Source: Squalus acanthias (lineage: Eukaryota). From it: a DNA stretch of 64,000 nt. The stretch covers positions 35,342,001 through 35,406,000 of the forward strand of contig CM059432.1 in NCBI GenBank assembly GCA_030390025.1. The letters are read 5' to 3'. Within the stretch, counting starts at the first letter, position 1; each line of letters begins with the position of its first letter. The notes under the pieces are model-generated. The model was not told the DNA's origin. It saw nothing but the letters and a program-made list of their open reading frames with translations, and did no database searches. Shown here in pieces: positions 35,303-48,419 of the stretch. The position numbers and the translations under genes are program-made.

Positions 35303-38300
35303 GGGACCAATATTCTCGCGTTTGCTAGTGCTGTTGGGGAGGGTTTAAACTAGCTTGGCAGGGGGATGGGCACCAGCATATAGGAGTAGAAAAGAGGAAT
35401 AAGGTGTATAAAAGAGTGAGTGTGTTGGATAGTACTAGAGAAGATAATACTAGAGGCAGTAGTAGTACCATATTAGATAGGAGCAGACTAAGAAAGACTA
35501 CGAAAAATTCAAAAATGGGTTTAGAATGCAAGTACGTAAACGCACAAAGTGTGGTGAATAAGGTTGGTGAGCTACAAGCACAATTAGCTGTGTGGCAATA
35601 TGATGCTGTGGCAATAACGGAAATGTGGCTTAAAAACGGTGAGGACTGGGCACTTAATATTCATGGGTACAAGGTGTTCAGAAAAGATAGGGAAGGAAAA
35701 ACAGAGGTGGGGTGGCAGTGCTGATTAAGAAAGACATTGTAGTGTTGGAAAGAGAGGATGTTCTTGAGGGACAAGGACAGAATCCATTTGGTCAGAGTTG
35801 AGGAGCAAAAAGGGTATGATCACACTATTGGGGGTATTCTATAGGCCTCCAAATAGTGAGAGGGAGGTAGAGGAGCAAATCTGCAGGGAAATCGCAGAGA
35901 TATGCAAGAGCTATAGAGTGGTGATATTGGGGAACTTTAATTACCCAAATATCGATTGGGATAATGCTAGGGTAAAGGGAAAGGAGGGGGAAGAATTTCT
36001 GAAATGTGTTCAGGAGAATTTCCTTGACCAATATGTTCTTGGCCCAACTAGGAAGGAGGCATTGCTGGATCTGGTGCTGGGGAATGAGGTGGGCCAGGTC
36101 GACCAAGTGTCTGTGGGAGAACACTTGGGTACGAGTGATCATATCATAAGATTTAGATTAGCAATGGAGAGGAGCAAGGAACAATCTAGAGTGGAACTTC
36201 TAAACTGGAATAGGGCTAACTTCAATGGGATGCGAAAGGATCGAGACAGGGTAAAATGGAACCAAAGACTGACAGGAAAAACTGTAACGGAACAATGGGT
36301 GATCTTCAAGGAGGAGATGTTCCAAGTACAGGCTAGGTACATTCCAACAACAGGGAAGGGTAAGGGGACCAAAGCAAGGGCTCCTTGGATGACGAGGGAG
36401 ATAGAGAAGATGATGAAACAAAAAAAGAGGGTGTACGATGCATGTCAGGTGAATTCTTCAAGGGAGAACCAGACCAAATACAACAAGTTGAGAGGGGATG
36501 TGAAGATGAAAATAAGATTGGCAAAGAGAGATTATGAGAGTAGAATGGCGGTTAACATAAAAGGGAACCCAAAAATCTTCTACCGGCATGTAAACAGTAA
36601 GTGGGTAGTAAGAGGGGGGGAGGGGCCTTTTAGAGACAAAGTAGGTGATATATGCTGAGGGGCGCAGGGCAAGGCTAGAATACTCAATGAGTACTTTGTA
36701 TCGGTGTTTACTAAGGAGGTGAATGCTGACAAAATATCGGTAGCAGTGGAAAAGGTAGAAGCAATGGAAGGGGTGAAAATTGATAGACAGGATATACTAG
36801 AAAGGCTGGGTATGCTTAGAGTGGATAAGTCGCCTGGTCCAGATGGCTTGCATCCCAGGTTGCTAAGGGAATTAGGGGAGGAGATAGCAGAAGGGCTTGC
36901 CATAATTTTGCAATCTTCCCTAGATGCGGGAGAGGTGCCTGAGGATTGGAAAGTGGTAAATGTGACACCATTGTTCAAGAAAGGGTGTAAGGACAATCCT
37001 AGTAACTACAGGCCGGTCAGTTTAACATTAGTGGTGGGTAATGTTTTAGAAACAATAATCAAGGAAAAAATTAACGGGCATTTGGAGAGGTTTAAGCTAA
37101 TTAAGGAGAGCCAACACGGGTTTGTAAAAGGAAGATCGTGTTTGACTAATCTAATTGAATTTTTTGATGAAGTAACAGGGAGGATTGATGAAGAGAATGC
37201 ACTGGATGTTGTCTACATTGATTTTCGGAAGGCATTTGACAAAGTACCACATAGAAGGCTGGTTAACAAAATTGAGGCTCATGGAATAAGTGGGTCAGTG
37301 GCAGCTTGGATAAGGAATTGGCTTAAGGACAGAAAACAGCGAGTTGTGGTAAATGGCTGTTTTTCAGACTGGAGGATGGTAGACAGTGCTGTTCCCCAAG
37401 GGTCAGTGCTGGGGCCACTGCTTTTTTTGATATATATATATAAATGACTTGGATATTGGAATAGAGAGTAGAATTTCTAAATTTGCCAATGACACCAAAC
37501 TTGGGGGTGTGGCAAACAGTGATGATGATACCAATTGACTGCAACAGGACATAGAAAGGCTAGCAGAATGGGCAGACAAGTGGCAGATGGAATTTAATAC
37601 AGAGAAGTGTGAGGTGATGCATTTTGGCAGAAGGAACAGGGAGAGGCAATATACACTTAATGGCACAGTTTTAAAAAGTGTGCAGGGACAGAGGGACCTG
37701 GGAGTTAATGTGCATAGGTCCCTGAAGGTGGCAGGACATATTGAGAGATTGGTTAACAAAGCATATGGGATCTTGGGCTTCATAAATGGAGGTATTGAGT
37801 ACAAAAGTAGAGAACTAATGCTGAACCTTTATAAAGTGCTGGTTAGGCCACAACTGGAGTATTGCGTCCAGTTCTGGTCACCACACTTTAGGAAGGATGT
37901 GAAGGCCCTTGAGAGGGTGCAGAGGAGATTTACCAGAATGGTTCCGGGGATGGGGGATCTTAGCTACAAGGACAGGTTGGAGAAGCTAGATTTGTTTTCA
38001 TTAGAGCAAAGGAGGTTGAGGGGTGATTTGATAGAGGTGCACAAGATTATGACTGGTTTGGATAGGCTAGACGGGGAAAAGCTGTTCCCACTAGTTGATG
38101 GTACAAGGACTAGGGGACACAGATTTAAGGTTTTGGGCAAGAGATACAGGGGGGAATGTGAGGGAAAAATTTTTTACGCGAGTGGTGAGGACCTGGAACT
38201 CGCTGCCGACAGAAGTGGTGGAAGCGGAGACACTCAATGTTTTCAAGGGGAGATTGGATAGACACTTGAGGGAAATAAACTTGCTGGGCTACGGGGATAG

Positions 38301-38370
38301 AGCAGGGGAATGGGACTGACTGGATTGCTCTTCAGAGAGCCGGCACGGACTCGATGGACCGAATGGCCTC
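35303..38370 (+). mobile_element. CR1 LINE: end of ORF1, near-complete ORF2 and 3' UTR
   Basis: [59 protein letters not shown]; several frameshifts. Confidence 0.93.
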
Positions 38371-38502
38371 TTTTTGATCATCTGTCTTAATATCTCCTTA
38401 AATAGCTCGGTGTCAAATTTGATCAAGCTCCTTGCGATGTTTTACTATGTTAAACACACTACTGTATATAAATGCAAGTTGTTGCTGTTATGCTGTAGGT
38501 AT

Positions 38503-40325
38503 CATAAGAACATAAGAAATAGGAGCAGGAGTTGGCCATTTGGCTCTTCGAGCCTGCTCCGCCATTCAATAAGATCATGGCTGATCTGATCTTGGCCTCA
38601 ACTCCACTTTCCTGCTCGCTTCCCATAACCCTTGATTCCTGTTTTTAAAAAATCTGTCTATCTCCGCCTTGAATATATTCACTGACTCAGCCTCCACAGC
38701 TCTGTGGGGTAGAGAATTCCAAAGATTCACGATTCTCTGAGAGAAGAAATTCCTCCTCATCTCCGTTTTAAATGGGCGACCCCTTATTCTGAAACTATGC
38801 CCCCTAGTTCTAGATTCCCCCACGAGGGGAAACATCCTCCCTGCATTTACCCTGTCAAGCCCCCTCAGAATCTTATATGTTTCAATAAGATCACCTCTCA
38901 TTCTTCTAATCTCCAATGAGTATAGGTCCAACCTGCTCAACCTTTCCTCATAAGACAACCCCTTCATCTCTGGAATTAACCTAGTGAACCTTCTCTGAAC
39001 TGCCTCCAATGCAAGTATATCCTTCCTTAAATATGGAGACCAAAACTGTACGCAGTACTCCAGGTGTGGTCTCACCAACGGCCTGTACAGCTGTAGCAAG
39101 ACTTCCCTACTTTTATACTCCACCCCCCCTTGCAATAAAGGCCAATATTCCATTTGCCTTCCTAATTACTTGCTGTACCTGCATGCTAACTTTGTGTTTC
39201 ATGTATGAGGACACCCAGATCCCTCTGTAGCGCAGCATTCTGTAGTCTCTCTCCATTTAAATAATATTTTGCTTTTCTATTCTTCCTACCAAAGTGGATA
39301 ACCTCACATTTTTCCACATTATACTCCATCTGCCAATTTTTTGCCCACTCAATTAACCTATCTATATCCCTTTACAGACTCTTTCTGTCCTCTTCACAAC
39401 TTGCTTTCCCACCTATCTTTGTATCGTCAGCAAATTTGGCTACAGTACACTCGGTCCCTTCATCCAAGTCATTAATATAGATTGTAAACAGCTGAGGCCC
39501 CAGCACTGATCCCTGTGGCACCCCACTAGTTACAGTTTGCCAACCTGAAAATGACCCATTTATCCCGACTCTCTGTTTTCTGTTAGTTAGCCAATCCTCT
39601 ATCCAATCTGATATATTACCTCCAACACCATCTTGTGCAGTAACCTTTTATGTGGCACTTTATCGAATGCCTTTTGGAAATCCAAATACACCACATCCAC
39701 TGGTTCCCCTTTATCCACCCTGCTCATTACATCCTCAAAGAACTCTAATAAATTTGTCAAACACGATATCCCTTTCATAAAAGCATGTTGACTCTGCTTG
39801 ATTGTATTTTGATTTTCTAAATGTCCTGCTACTACTTCCTTAATAATGGATTCGAACATTTTCCCAATGACAGATGTTAGGCTAACTGGCCGATAGTTTC
39901 CTGCTTTCTGTCTCCCGCCTTTCTTGAATATGGGCGTTACATTTGCGGTTTTCCAATCCGCTGGGACCTCTCTAGAATCCAGGGAATTTTGGAAGATTAC
40001 AACCAATGCATCCACTATCTCTGCAGCCACTTCTTTTCAGACCCTAGGATGCAGGCCATTAGGTGCAGGGGACTTGTCAGCCTTTAGTCGTATTAGTTTG
40101 CCAAGTACTTTTTCTCTAGTTAGAGTGATTGTTTTAAGTTCCTCCCTTTCGCCCCTTGATTTTCCACTATTATTGAGATACTTTTAGTGTCTTCTACCAT
40201 GCAGACAGATACAATATATTTGTTCAAAGTCTCTGCCATTTCCTTGTTTCCCATTATTAATTTCCCAGTCTCCCAGGGACCAACATTTACTTTAGCTACT
40301 CTCTTCCTTTTTATATACTTGTATC
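38503..40325 (-). mobile_element. CR1 ORF2 3' half
   Basis: NYRPVSLTSV, DFQKAFDKVPH, RPHLEYCVQFWSP. Confidence 0.93.
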
Positions 40326-40389
40326 CTCCGCACGCCCCCCCCCCCCCCCCCCCGGATCCTGTTGATATCCGCAACCCCTGCCCCGATGC

Positions 40390-41665
40390 TCGTAGCACCT
40401 CCACCCACTCTCCCTGGCACTGCTGGTATCCCCACCCCCTCTCCCTGCTGGTATCCCCACCCCCTCTCCCTGGTGCTGCTGGTATCCCCACACCCTCCCC
40501 TCGGCGCTGCTGGTATCCCCACCCCCTCTCCCTGGTGCTGCTGGTATCCCCACCCCCTCTCCCTGGCTCTGATGGTATCCCCACCCCCTTCCCCCGGCGC
40601 TGCTGGTATCCCCACCCACTCTCCCTGGCTCTGCTGGTATCCCCACCCCCTCTCCCTGGTGCTGCTGGTATCCCCACCCCCCTCCCTGGCTCTGCTGGTA
40701 TCCCCACCCCCTCTCCCTGGCTCTGCTGGTATCCCCACCCCCTCTCCCTGGCACTGCTGGTATCCCCACCCCCTCTCCCTGGCGCTGCTGGTATCCCCAC
40801 CCCCTCTCCCTGGTGCTGCTGGTATCCCCACACCCTCCCCTTGGCGCTGCTGGTATCCCCACCCCCTCTCCCTGGTGCTGCTGGTATCCCCACCCCCCTC
40901 TCCCTGGCTCTGATGGTATCCCCACCCCCTCTCCCTGGCACTGCTGGTATCCCCAACCCCCTCTCCCTGGCGCTGCTGGTATCCCCACCCCCTCTCCCTG
41001 GCGCTGCTGGTATCCCCACCCCCTCTCCCTGGCACTGCTGGTATCCCCACCCCCTCTCCCTGGCGCTGCTGGTATCCCCACCCCCTCTCCCTGGCGCAGC
41101 TGGTATCCCCACCCCCTTCCCCCGGCGCTGCTGGTATCCCCACCCCCTCTCCCTGGCGCAGCTGGTATCCCCACCGCCTTCCCCCGGCGCTGCTGGTATC
41201 CCCACCCCCTCTCCCTGGCTCTGCTGGTATCCCCACCCCCCTCTCCCTGGCGCTGCTGGTATCCCCACCCCCTCTCCCTGGTGCTGCTGGTATCCCCACC
41301 CCCTGGCGCTGCTGGTATCCCCACCCCCTTCCCCGCTGGTATCCCCACCCCCTCTCCCTGGTGCTGCTGGTATCCCCACCCCCTCTCCCTGGTGCTGCTG
41401 GTATCCCCATCCCCTCTCCCTGGCACTGCTGGTATCCCCACCGCCTTCCCCCGGCGCTGCTGGTATCCCCACCCCCTCTCCCTGGCTCTGCTGGTATCCC
41501 CACCCCCTCTCCCTGGCGCTGCTGGTATCCCCACCGCCTTCCCCCGGCGCTGCTGGTATCCCCACCCCCTCTCCCTGGTGCTGCTGGTATCCCCACCCCC
41601 TTCCCCTGCTGGTATCCCCACCCCCTTCCCCTGCTGGTATCCTCCTTCCCCTTGGTATCACCCCT
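40390..41665. repeat. GC-rich ~31-bp minisatellite (ctgctggtatccccaccccctctccctggNN)n
   Basis: About 40 visible units; degenerate relatives at 32930-33170. Confidence 0.95.
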
Positions 41666-42044
41666 ATTTGTCCTATGAATGGGTCCCAGCTGAATGGCGA
41701 CTGCATGTTGAGATGGTGCCACTCTGTGCAGGAAGCCCTGAATGGAAAAGAAACGAGGGGCAAGGGCAAAGGTGTGATGGGAAAGGCTCACAGCTAGTGG
41801 CCGGTTTGGTTACCATGACTAATGACCCAGACCGGTCTTTCAAATGCCGATCAATCCGTTGTGCATTTCCTATTAATGATGAGGATTTATTTCCGATACC
41901 ATAACACAACATTTTTGGGAAAGCGATCTTAAAACAGTCTCACAGAAAGAAGATGCAGCACCAGTTCATAGACATAAACAGACTGGTGAATTGACTAGTC
42001 ATATGGCAGATCTAATTTAAAGCAGAAGTGCAGACAAGTGTTGA

Positions 42045-44340
42045 CTAAAAGCCGACAAATCCCCATGACCCGTTGGCCTACATCCTAGGGTTCTAAAAGA
42101 GGTGGCTGCAGAGATAGTGGATGCATTGATTTTGATCTTCCAGAATTCACTATTTTCGAGAACGGTCCCCGTGGATGGGAAGGTAGCAAATGTAACCCCG
42201 CTGTTCAAGAAAGGAGGGAGCGAGAAAACAGGGAATTATCGCCAGTTAGCCTGACATAAGTAGTAGGGAAATTGCTAGAATCTATTATTAGGGAAGTGGT
42301 AACAGGACTCTTAGAAAATCACAATGATTCGGCAGATTTTATGAAAGAGAAATTGTGTTTGATAAATCTATTAAGAGCTTTTTGAGGGTGTAACTAGCAG
42401 AATTGATAAGTGGGGAATCAGTGGATGTAGTATATTTGGATTTTCAGAAGGCATTCGATAAAGTGCCACAAAAGAGGTTGTTACACAAGATTAGGGCTCA
42501 TGGGATTGGGGGTAATATATTAACATGGATTGAGGATTGGTTAACAGACAGAAAAGAGAGTAGGAATAAACGGGTCATTTTCAGGATGGTAGGGTGTAAC
42601 TAGTGGAGTGCCGTAAGGATTAGTGTTTGGGCCTCAGCTATTTACAATCTATATCAATGACTTCGATGAGGGGACCGTGTGTAATGTATCCAAGTTTGCT
42701 GACGATATAAAGCTAGGTGGGAAAGTAAGCTGTGAGGAGGACATGGAGGCTCAAAGGGATATGGACCAGTTAAGTGATTGGGCAAGAAGGTGGCAGATAG
42801 AGTATAATGTGGGGAGGTGTGAAATTATCCTCTTTGGTAGGAAGAATGGAAAGGAGGATATTTTTTTAAAAGGTGAGACACTAGTAAATGTTGGGATTCA
42901 GAGGGATTTGAGTGTCGTACACGAATCACAGAAAGAATAACATACAGGTACAGCAAGCAATTAGGAAGACAAATAATATGGTAGCCATTATTGCAAAGGG
43001 GTTGCAGTATAAAAGTTTTCTGCAATTATATAGGGCTTTGGTGAGACCACACCTGGAGTACTGTGTACAGGAAGTGTATACTTGTCTTAGAGGGGGTGCA
43101 ACAAAGGTTCACTAGACTGATTCCTGGGAGGAGAGAGCTGTCCTATGAGGAGAGATTGAGTAGAATGGGCCTATATTCTCTGGAGTTTAAAAGAATAAGA
43201 GGTGATCTCATTGAAACATATAAAATTCTTCGAGGGTTGACAGGGTCGATGCTGGCTGGAGAGTCAAGAACTAGGGGTCATAGTCTCAGGATAAGGGGTT
43301 GGCCATTTAGGACTGAAATGAGGAGAAATTTCTTCACTCAGAGGGTTGTGAATCTTTGGAATTCTCTACCTCAGAGGGCTGTGGATGCTCAGTCGATTAG
43401 TATTTTCAAGACTGAGATTGATAGATTTTTGGGTACTAAGGGTATCAAGGGATTTGGGGATAGGGCGGAAAAGTGGAGTTGAGGTCGATGATCAGCCATG
43501 ATCTTATTGAATGGCAGAGCAGGCTCAAGGGGCCGTATGGCCTACTCCTGCTCCTATTTCTCATGTTCTTATGTTCTAAGTGCAAAGTGATACATTTTGG
43601 TAGGAAGAATGAGGAAAGGCAATATGAACTACATGGTACAATTTTAAAGGGTGCAGGAACATGGAGATTTGGGGGTGTATGTACACAAATCTTTGAAAGT
43701 GTTAGGACAAGTTGAGAAGGTGGTTATAAAGGCATACGAGATCCTTGGCTTTATTAATGGAGGAATAGAGTACAAAAGCATAGAAGTTATGCTAAACACT
43801 GGTTAGGCCTCAGCTGGAGTATTAGGTCAATTCTGGGTACCAGGAAGGATGTCATGGCCTTGGAGAGGGTGCAGAAGAGATTTACTCGTATGGTACCAGG
43901 GATGAGGGACTTCAGTTATGAGGAGAGACTGGAGAAGTTGGGTTGTTCTCCTTAGAGCAGAGAAAGTTAAGAGGACATTTGATAGAGGTGTTCAAAATCA
44001 TAAAAGAGTTTTGATAGAGTAAATAACGAAAAACTGTTTCCAGTGGCCGAAGGGTCAGTAACCAGAGGACACAGATTTAATAAGATTGAGACGACAAGAG
44101 GAAACCTTTTTTTGCACAGCGAGTTATTGAGATCTGGAATGCACTGCCTGAAAGGGTGGAGGAAGCAGATTCAATAGTAGCATTTAAAAGAGAATTGGAT
44201 AAATACTTGAAAGGAAAAAGTTTACAGGGCTATGGGGAAAGAGCAGGGGGGTGGGACTAATTGGATAGCTGTACCAAAGAGCCGGCACAGGCACGATGAG
44301 CCGAATGGCCTCCTACTGTGCAATATTATTCTATGATTCA
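42045..44340 (+). mobile_element. Two tandem CR1 3' fragments, junction near 43575
   Basis: RT motifs and two separate gaatggcct-type 3' tails. Confidence 0.9.
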
Positions 44341-44884
44341 ACGGCAATACTTATTTCTTTGGAAAAGTGGAGATTTCAAGGTGATTTAACAGAAGTTTCC
44401 ACGGTTGCCAAGACAAATGACAAAGCTGAAGGCTGGGGGCAGGGAGGCACAAAATAAAAAATCTGGAAGTCAGGCAGAACCTTTTCACTCAAAGGGAGAG
44501 GTCGTTGAAACAGACAGTATAAAGGGGTTCAGGAGACAATTAAACACGTTTTGGAGAGAAGGGGTGATAAAAATGAGCTTTTTTTGTCTGATTATCTACC
44601 AGCTACTTTAGTGCTGGCCTTGGTACACACGAAGGTAATTATGAGGGGGGACTATGTTTCAAGCTGCAGGAGTGTACATTCCAGGATGTAAAAGGGTTAG
44701 TTCACCTGCATTATTTCTTAGGAGCATTTCCTGAAACTTTTCTGCCGAGATGTCATTCTATGCAGTTGGACACTTTGGTCGGATATAGGCAGGCCTGGTA
44801 TTTTGCTGCAAGAGCCAGAAGCATTTTGAGTACATACTCTCCACGCACTTGCCATCCTGTGAATCTAACGTAATTACGAAAGGT

Positions 44885-45183
44885 GAGGGAGTCAAGAACA
44901 AGGGGACATAATCTTAAAATTAAAGCTAGGCCATTCAGGAAAGAAATCACGAAGCACGTTTTCACACAAAGAAAATCTGGAAGTCTCTTCCTCAAAAGGC
45001 TGTGGATGCTGGGACGGTTGAAGCTTTCAAGACTGGGAGCGATAGATTTTTGTTAGGCAAGGGTATCAAAGTATATGGATCAAAGGCAGGTAAATGGAAC
45101 TGAGGTGCAGATCAGCCATGAACGAATTAAATGGCGGAGTAGGCTTGAGGGGCTAAATGGCTTACTCCTGTTCCTAACGTTCC
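44885..45183 (+). mobile_element. CR1 3' end
   Basis: ggagtcaagaacaaggggacat...tggcttactcctgttcct. Confidence 0.8.
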
Positions 45184-45934
45184 TAGATGGGATTGTCTAA
45201 TGTTGTTCAGAATATCTTCAAAAGACAGCGTGGGATATACCCGTGGCGGACTTTATGCCACTCAGGAGTCAGCCTGAAGACAGCAAACAATTTGGACTGA
45301 GCCAGTATCTCCTTGGTAGTCTTTTGCCACATAAAAAGTGACTGTGTTTCAAAGACCAATTTAATTTTTAACGTTGCAAAGGTAAGCATCTTTATTGCTC
45401 TGAATTTTCAGAGAACAGTGAAGTTTGCAATTACTATAAATACTGATGTATTGAGTACTTTATTTTCCTGTTAAATATTAAATAAATTTGTATTTAGTTT
45501 ATACCCTGAGCCCTGGTCTGAGAGTAAATATTTATCCACCTAACCAAAGACAAGGAGACAATAAAGTAGCAAATGATAACACTCCAGTGAGCTGGGCTTA
45601 CAGTAGCAAGAGATCTCGGTTTGACCCCTGGGCCTCGCTATGTGCATCTAGATATTGGGCAGGTAAAAGCATACTAAGGTCCATGGAGCTTACGGGAGTG
45701 AGTAGTGATGCTGAACCCCAGAAAATATCTAGCATAGAAGCCCAAAAAAGTAGCAATAGGATTGAGGGATATCCTGAGAAGGCAATAGGTGGCGATGATG
45801 AAAAAGTATGAACAAACTTGTTTGGAGCAAATCATTGTTTCCCCAGTTTTAAAAATTGCGTTCTTATAGGAACGTGTTCAATCAGCAAATTCCTGTTTGT
45901 GACACAAATGGTTCCAACCTACAGATACAAAATG

Positions 45935-46730
45935 AAAATACTGCAGATGCTGGAAATCTGGAATAAAAACAGAAAATGCTGGAAATACTCAGCCAGTCAG
46001 GCAGCATCTGTGGAGAGAGAAATAGAATTAACGTTTCATGTCAATGACCTTTTGTCAGAACTGGAAAAAGTTAAGAGATGTAACAGGTTTTAAGCAAGCG
46101 CAGAGGCAGGGAAGGGGGGGGGGGAGGGGAGGAAAGAACAAAAGGGAAGGTCTGTGATAGGGTGGAAGGCAGGAAAGATTAAATGACAAAAGGAGATGGT
46201 AATGGGACAAGTAAAGAAACAAAAGATGAATCTAGAAAGATGTGTAAATGGGAATGGCAGAAACAGCTGCCATGTGAAAAAATAGGGGTAGAGGTTATGG
46301 TGAAATTGTTGAACTCGATGTTGAGTCCAGAAGGCTGTAAGGTGCCTAATCGAAAGAGCTTACATTGAGCTTCAATGGAACAGTGTAAGAGGCCAAGGAC
46401 AGAGAGGTCAGCGTGGGAGTGAAGCAGAGAACTAAAGTGACAGGCAAACGGAAGCTCAGCGTCATGCTTACGGACTGAACGGAGGTGTTTCGCAAAGCGG
46501 TCACCCAATCTGCATTTGGTTTCCCCATGCCTTCCACCCTATCACAGACCTTCCCTTTTGTTCTTTCCTCCCGTTCCCCCCTTTCCCTGCACCTGCTTAA
46601 AATCTGTTACATCTCTAACTTTTTCTAGTTCTGACAAAAGGTCATCGACCTGAAACGTTAACTCTGTTTCTCTCTCCATAGATGCTGCCTGACCTGCTGA
46701 GTATTTCCAGCATTTTCTGTTTCTATTCCA
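45935..46730. mobile_element. Penelope-like element with an inverted partial terminal repeat
   Basis: Minus GDRFAKHLRSV...RLGTLQPSGLNIEF; 46533-46730 is the inverse of 45960-46170; hammerhead cores mutated to CTGACAA. Confidence 0.85.
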
Positions 46731-47089
46731 ACTTACACAGTCTTGGGTACAGAGATAGTTTTGTTGGGGAAATGCTATAAATGGTATTTGCAATTGTAAA
46801 ACTATTTAAGCACATGTTAAGCAGTGTTTTCTTTTAACTGAAATATGTTCTGGCAAAACAAGCCCTTCATTCCATTTGATCTGCTTCCTGAATACCATCC
46901 CTACCATCTCATTACAGCATCCAACTGTTTCTCAAATGAGTCCAGTATCCGAGCCTCAACCTGGCAGCCCACTGCAGCTGTTGATCACCCTGTGGAAAGC
47001 ATTGCTCGCTGGTGTCTGTCATACACTTGCCCTTCACAGGGGAAGGGGATACTGGTAGTACGGGGGGAGACAGCTGGGGATTCAGTCAA

Positions 47090-47311
47090 GATGCGGAGAT
47101 GCCGGTGTTGGACTGGGGTGGACAAAATTGAGAGGTCGCACAACACCAGGTTATAGTCCAACAGTTTTATTTGAAATCACAAGCTTTCGGAACTATCGCT
47201 CCTTCCTCAGGTGAAGTAAATTTACTTCACCTGAGGAAGGAGCGATAGTTCCGAAAGCTTGTGATTTCAAATAAAACTGTTGGACTATAACCTGGTGTTG
47301 TGCGACCTCTC
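47090..47311. mobile_element. Penelope-derived perfect palindrome with an 11-bp TSD
   Basis: Arms 47130-47220 and 47221-47311 with no spacer; gattcagtcaa at 47079-47089 and 47312-47322. Confidence 0.9.
47227..47264 (+). ncRNA. Minimal hammerhead motif, mirrored on the minus strand at 47177-47214
   Basis: UCAC-CUGAGGA-A-GGAGC-GAUA-GUUCC-GAAA-GC-UU-GUGA. Confidence 0.72.
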
Positions 47312-47639
47312 GATTCAGTCAAAGCCAGGGAGTGGGGTACTGGTAGCGCCGGGGGGAGGGAGTGGCTGGTTGTTCCAAGATTGGGTGAGTGGCTGGGGAT
47401 ACCAATGGGGCTGGAGCTGGGTGCAGTGACACCGGGGGGGGTGGCTTGACCTCTGACCCCAGACGAGTGCCGGACACCGGTTAACCTCAACAGTACCGCG
47501 AACCGCCAGCCACACGCCCAGGCCCGGGTAGCCCCAGCAGCCCTGCCGTCGGCGGTAGCGGGCCCAGCCTCTCCTCCTCCAGTCCAGCCCAGCCCAGCCC
47601 AGCCCAGATTTGTCATTACGGTCAAACCCTTGCACTCAC

Positions 47640-47840
47640 TCACCCACTTCCCCGTAACCGGCATGGCCGCCGTCCGACGTCATTCACACATGACCGGACG
47701 TATACGATCACGTGTGCAGATCGTTACCTGAGTAACCGCGGCCGACCAACCAATCGGCCCGTCCGCATGCCGTGATCACGTGTCCAGGGAGCATTTTCCT
47801 GCGAAGCCAAGCTGGAGGGGACCGTGATCACGTGAAGAGG
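47640..47840 (-). promoter_or_regulatory. TBRG4: Putative TBRG4 promoter and first exon
   Basis: CpG-rich unique sequence between the CCDC12 3' end and TBRG4. GATCACGTG three times (CACGTG at 47709, 47777, 47829), CCAAT at 47750, CRE-like GACGTCA near 47676, minus-strand donor TGG|GTGAGT at 47643. Confidence 0.7.
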
Positions 47841-48087
47841 GACTGCAGCTCCTCAGTGGAACTCAGTCAGTAATCTCCCTGTGCTGCACCTGGGCACAGT
47901 GTCAAGTCCCATTGATGCAAACAGAAGTTTTAATTCACATACAAATAAATCTTCCTGTATAATAATTTCTCCTGTACCTGCATTTTTATGCTTTCTCCTT
48001 GGTTATTTTAACTCCCCCAAACTCTCCGCCCCACTGAAGCCCACACTCTAGCATTACCTCCATAAACCACTCCACCTCCTGTAAGGT

Positions 48088-48397
48088 CTCTTCTTAGGCA
48101 GTCCCTCGGAACTGAGGATGACTTGCTTCCACATTAAAAATTAGTTCGCAGGTGGCTGATGAGTCCAATGCGGGACCTACAGTCTCTGTCACAGGTGGGG
48201 CAGACAGGTGGCTGAAGGGGCAGGTGGGGTGCTTGGGTTGATGTGCGCTCCTTGTGCTTGGCTTCCACTTGCTCCCGGCAAAGAGACTCGAGGTGTTCGG
48301 CGCCTTCCCGGATGCTTCTCCTCCACTTTGTGCGGTCTTGGGCCAGGGATTCCCAGGTGTCGGTGGGGATGTTGCACTTTTTCAAGGAGGCTTTGAG
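48088..48397 (-). mobile_element. RTE LINE 3' end, same family as 3861-4352
   Basis: KKCNIPTDTWESLAQDRTKWR...CPTCDRDCRSRIGLISHLRT. Confidence 0.9.
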
Positions 48398-48419
48398 GAA
48401 ACACTTCCTGTAAGGTGCC

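Noticed and set aside
40120..41904. 363-549 aa Pro/Gly-rich ORFs in several frames
   Set aside because: Translations of the 31-bp minisatellite; open on both strands.
46620..46670. Hammerhead motifs here and near 8100, 8640, 19000, 46030 and 52870
   Set aside because: Conserved core residues are mutated (for example CTGACAA, GGAA), so not called as ribozymes.
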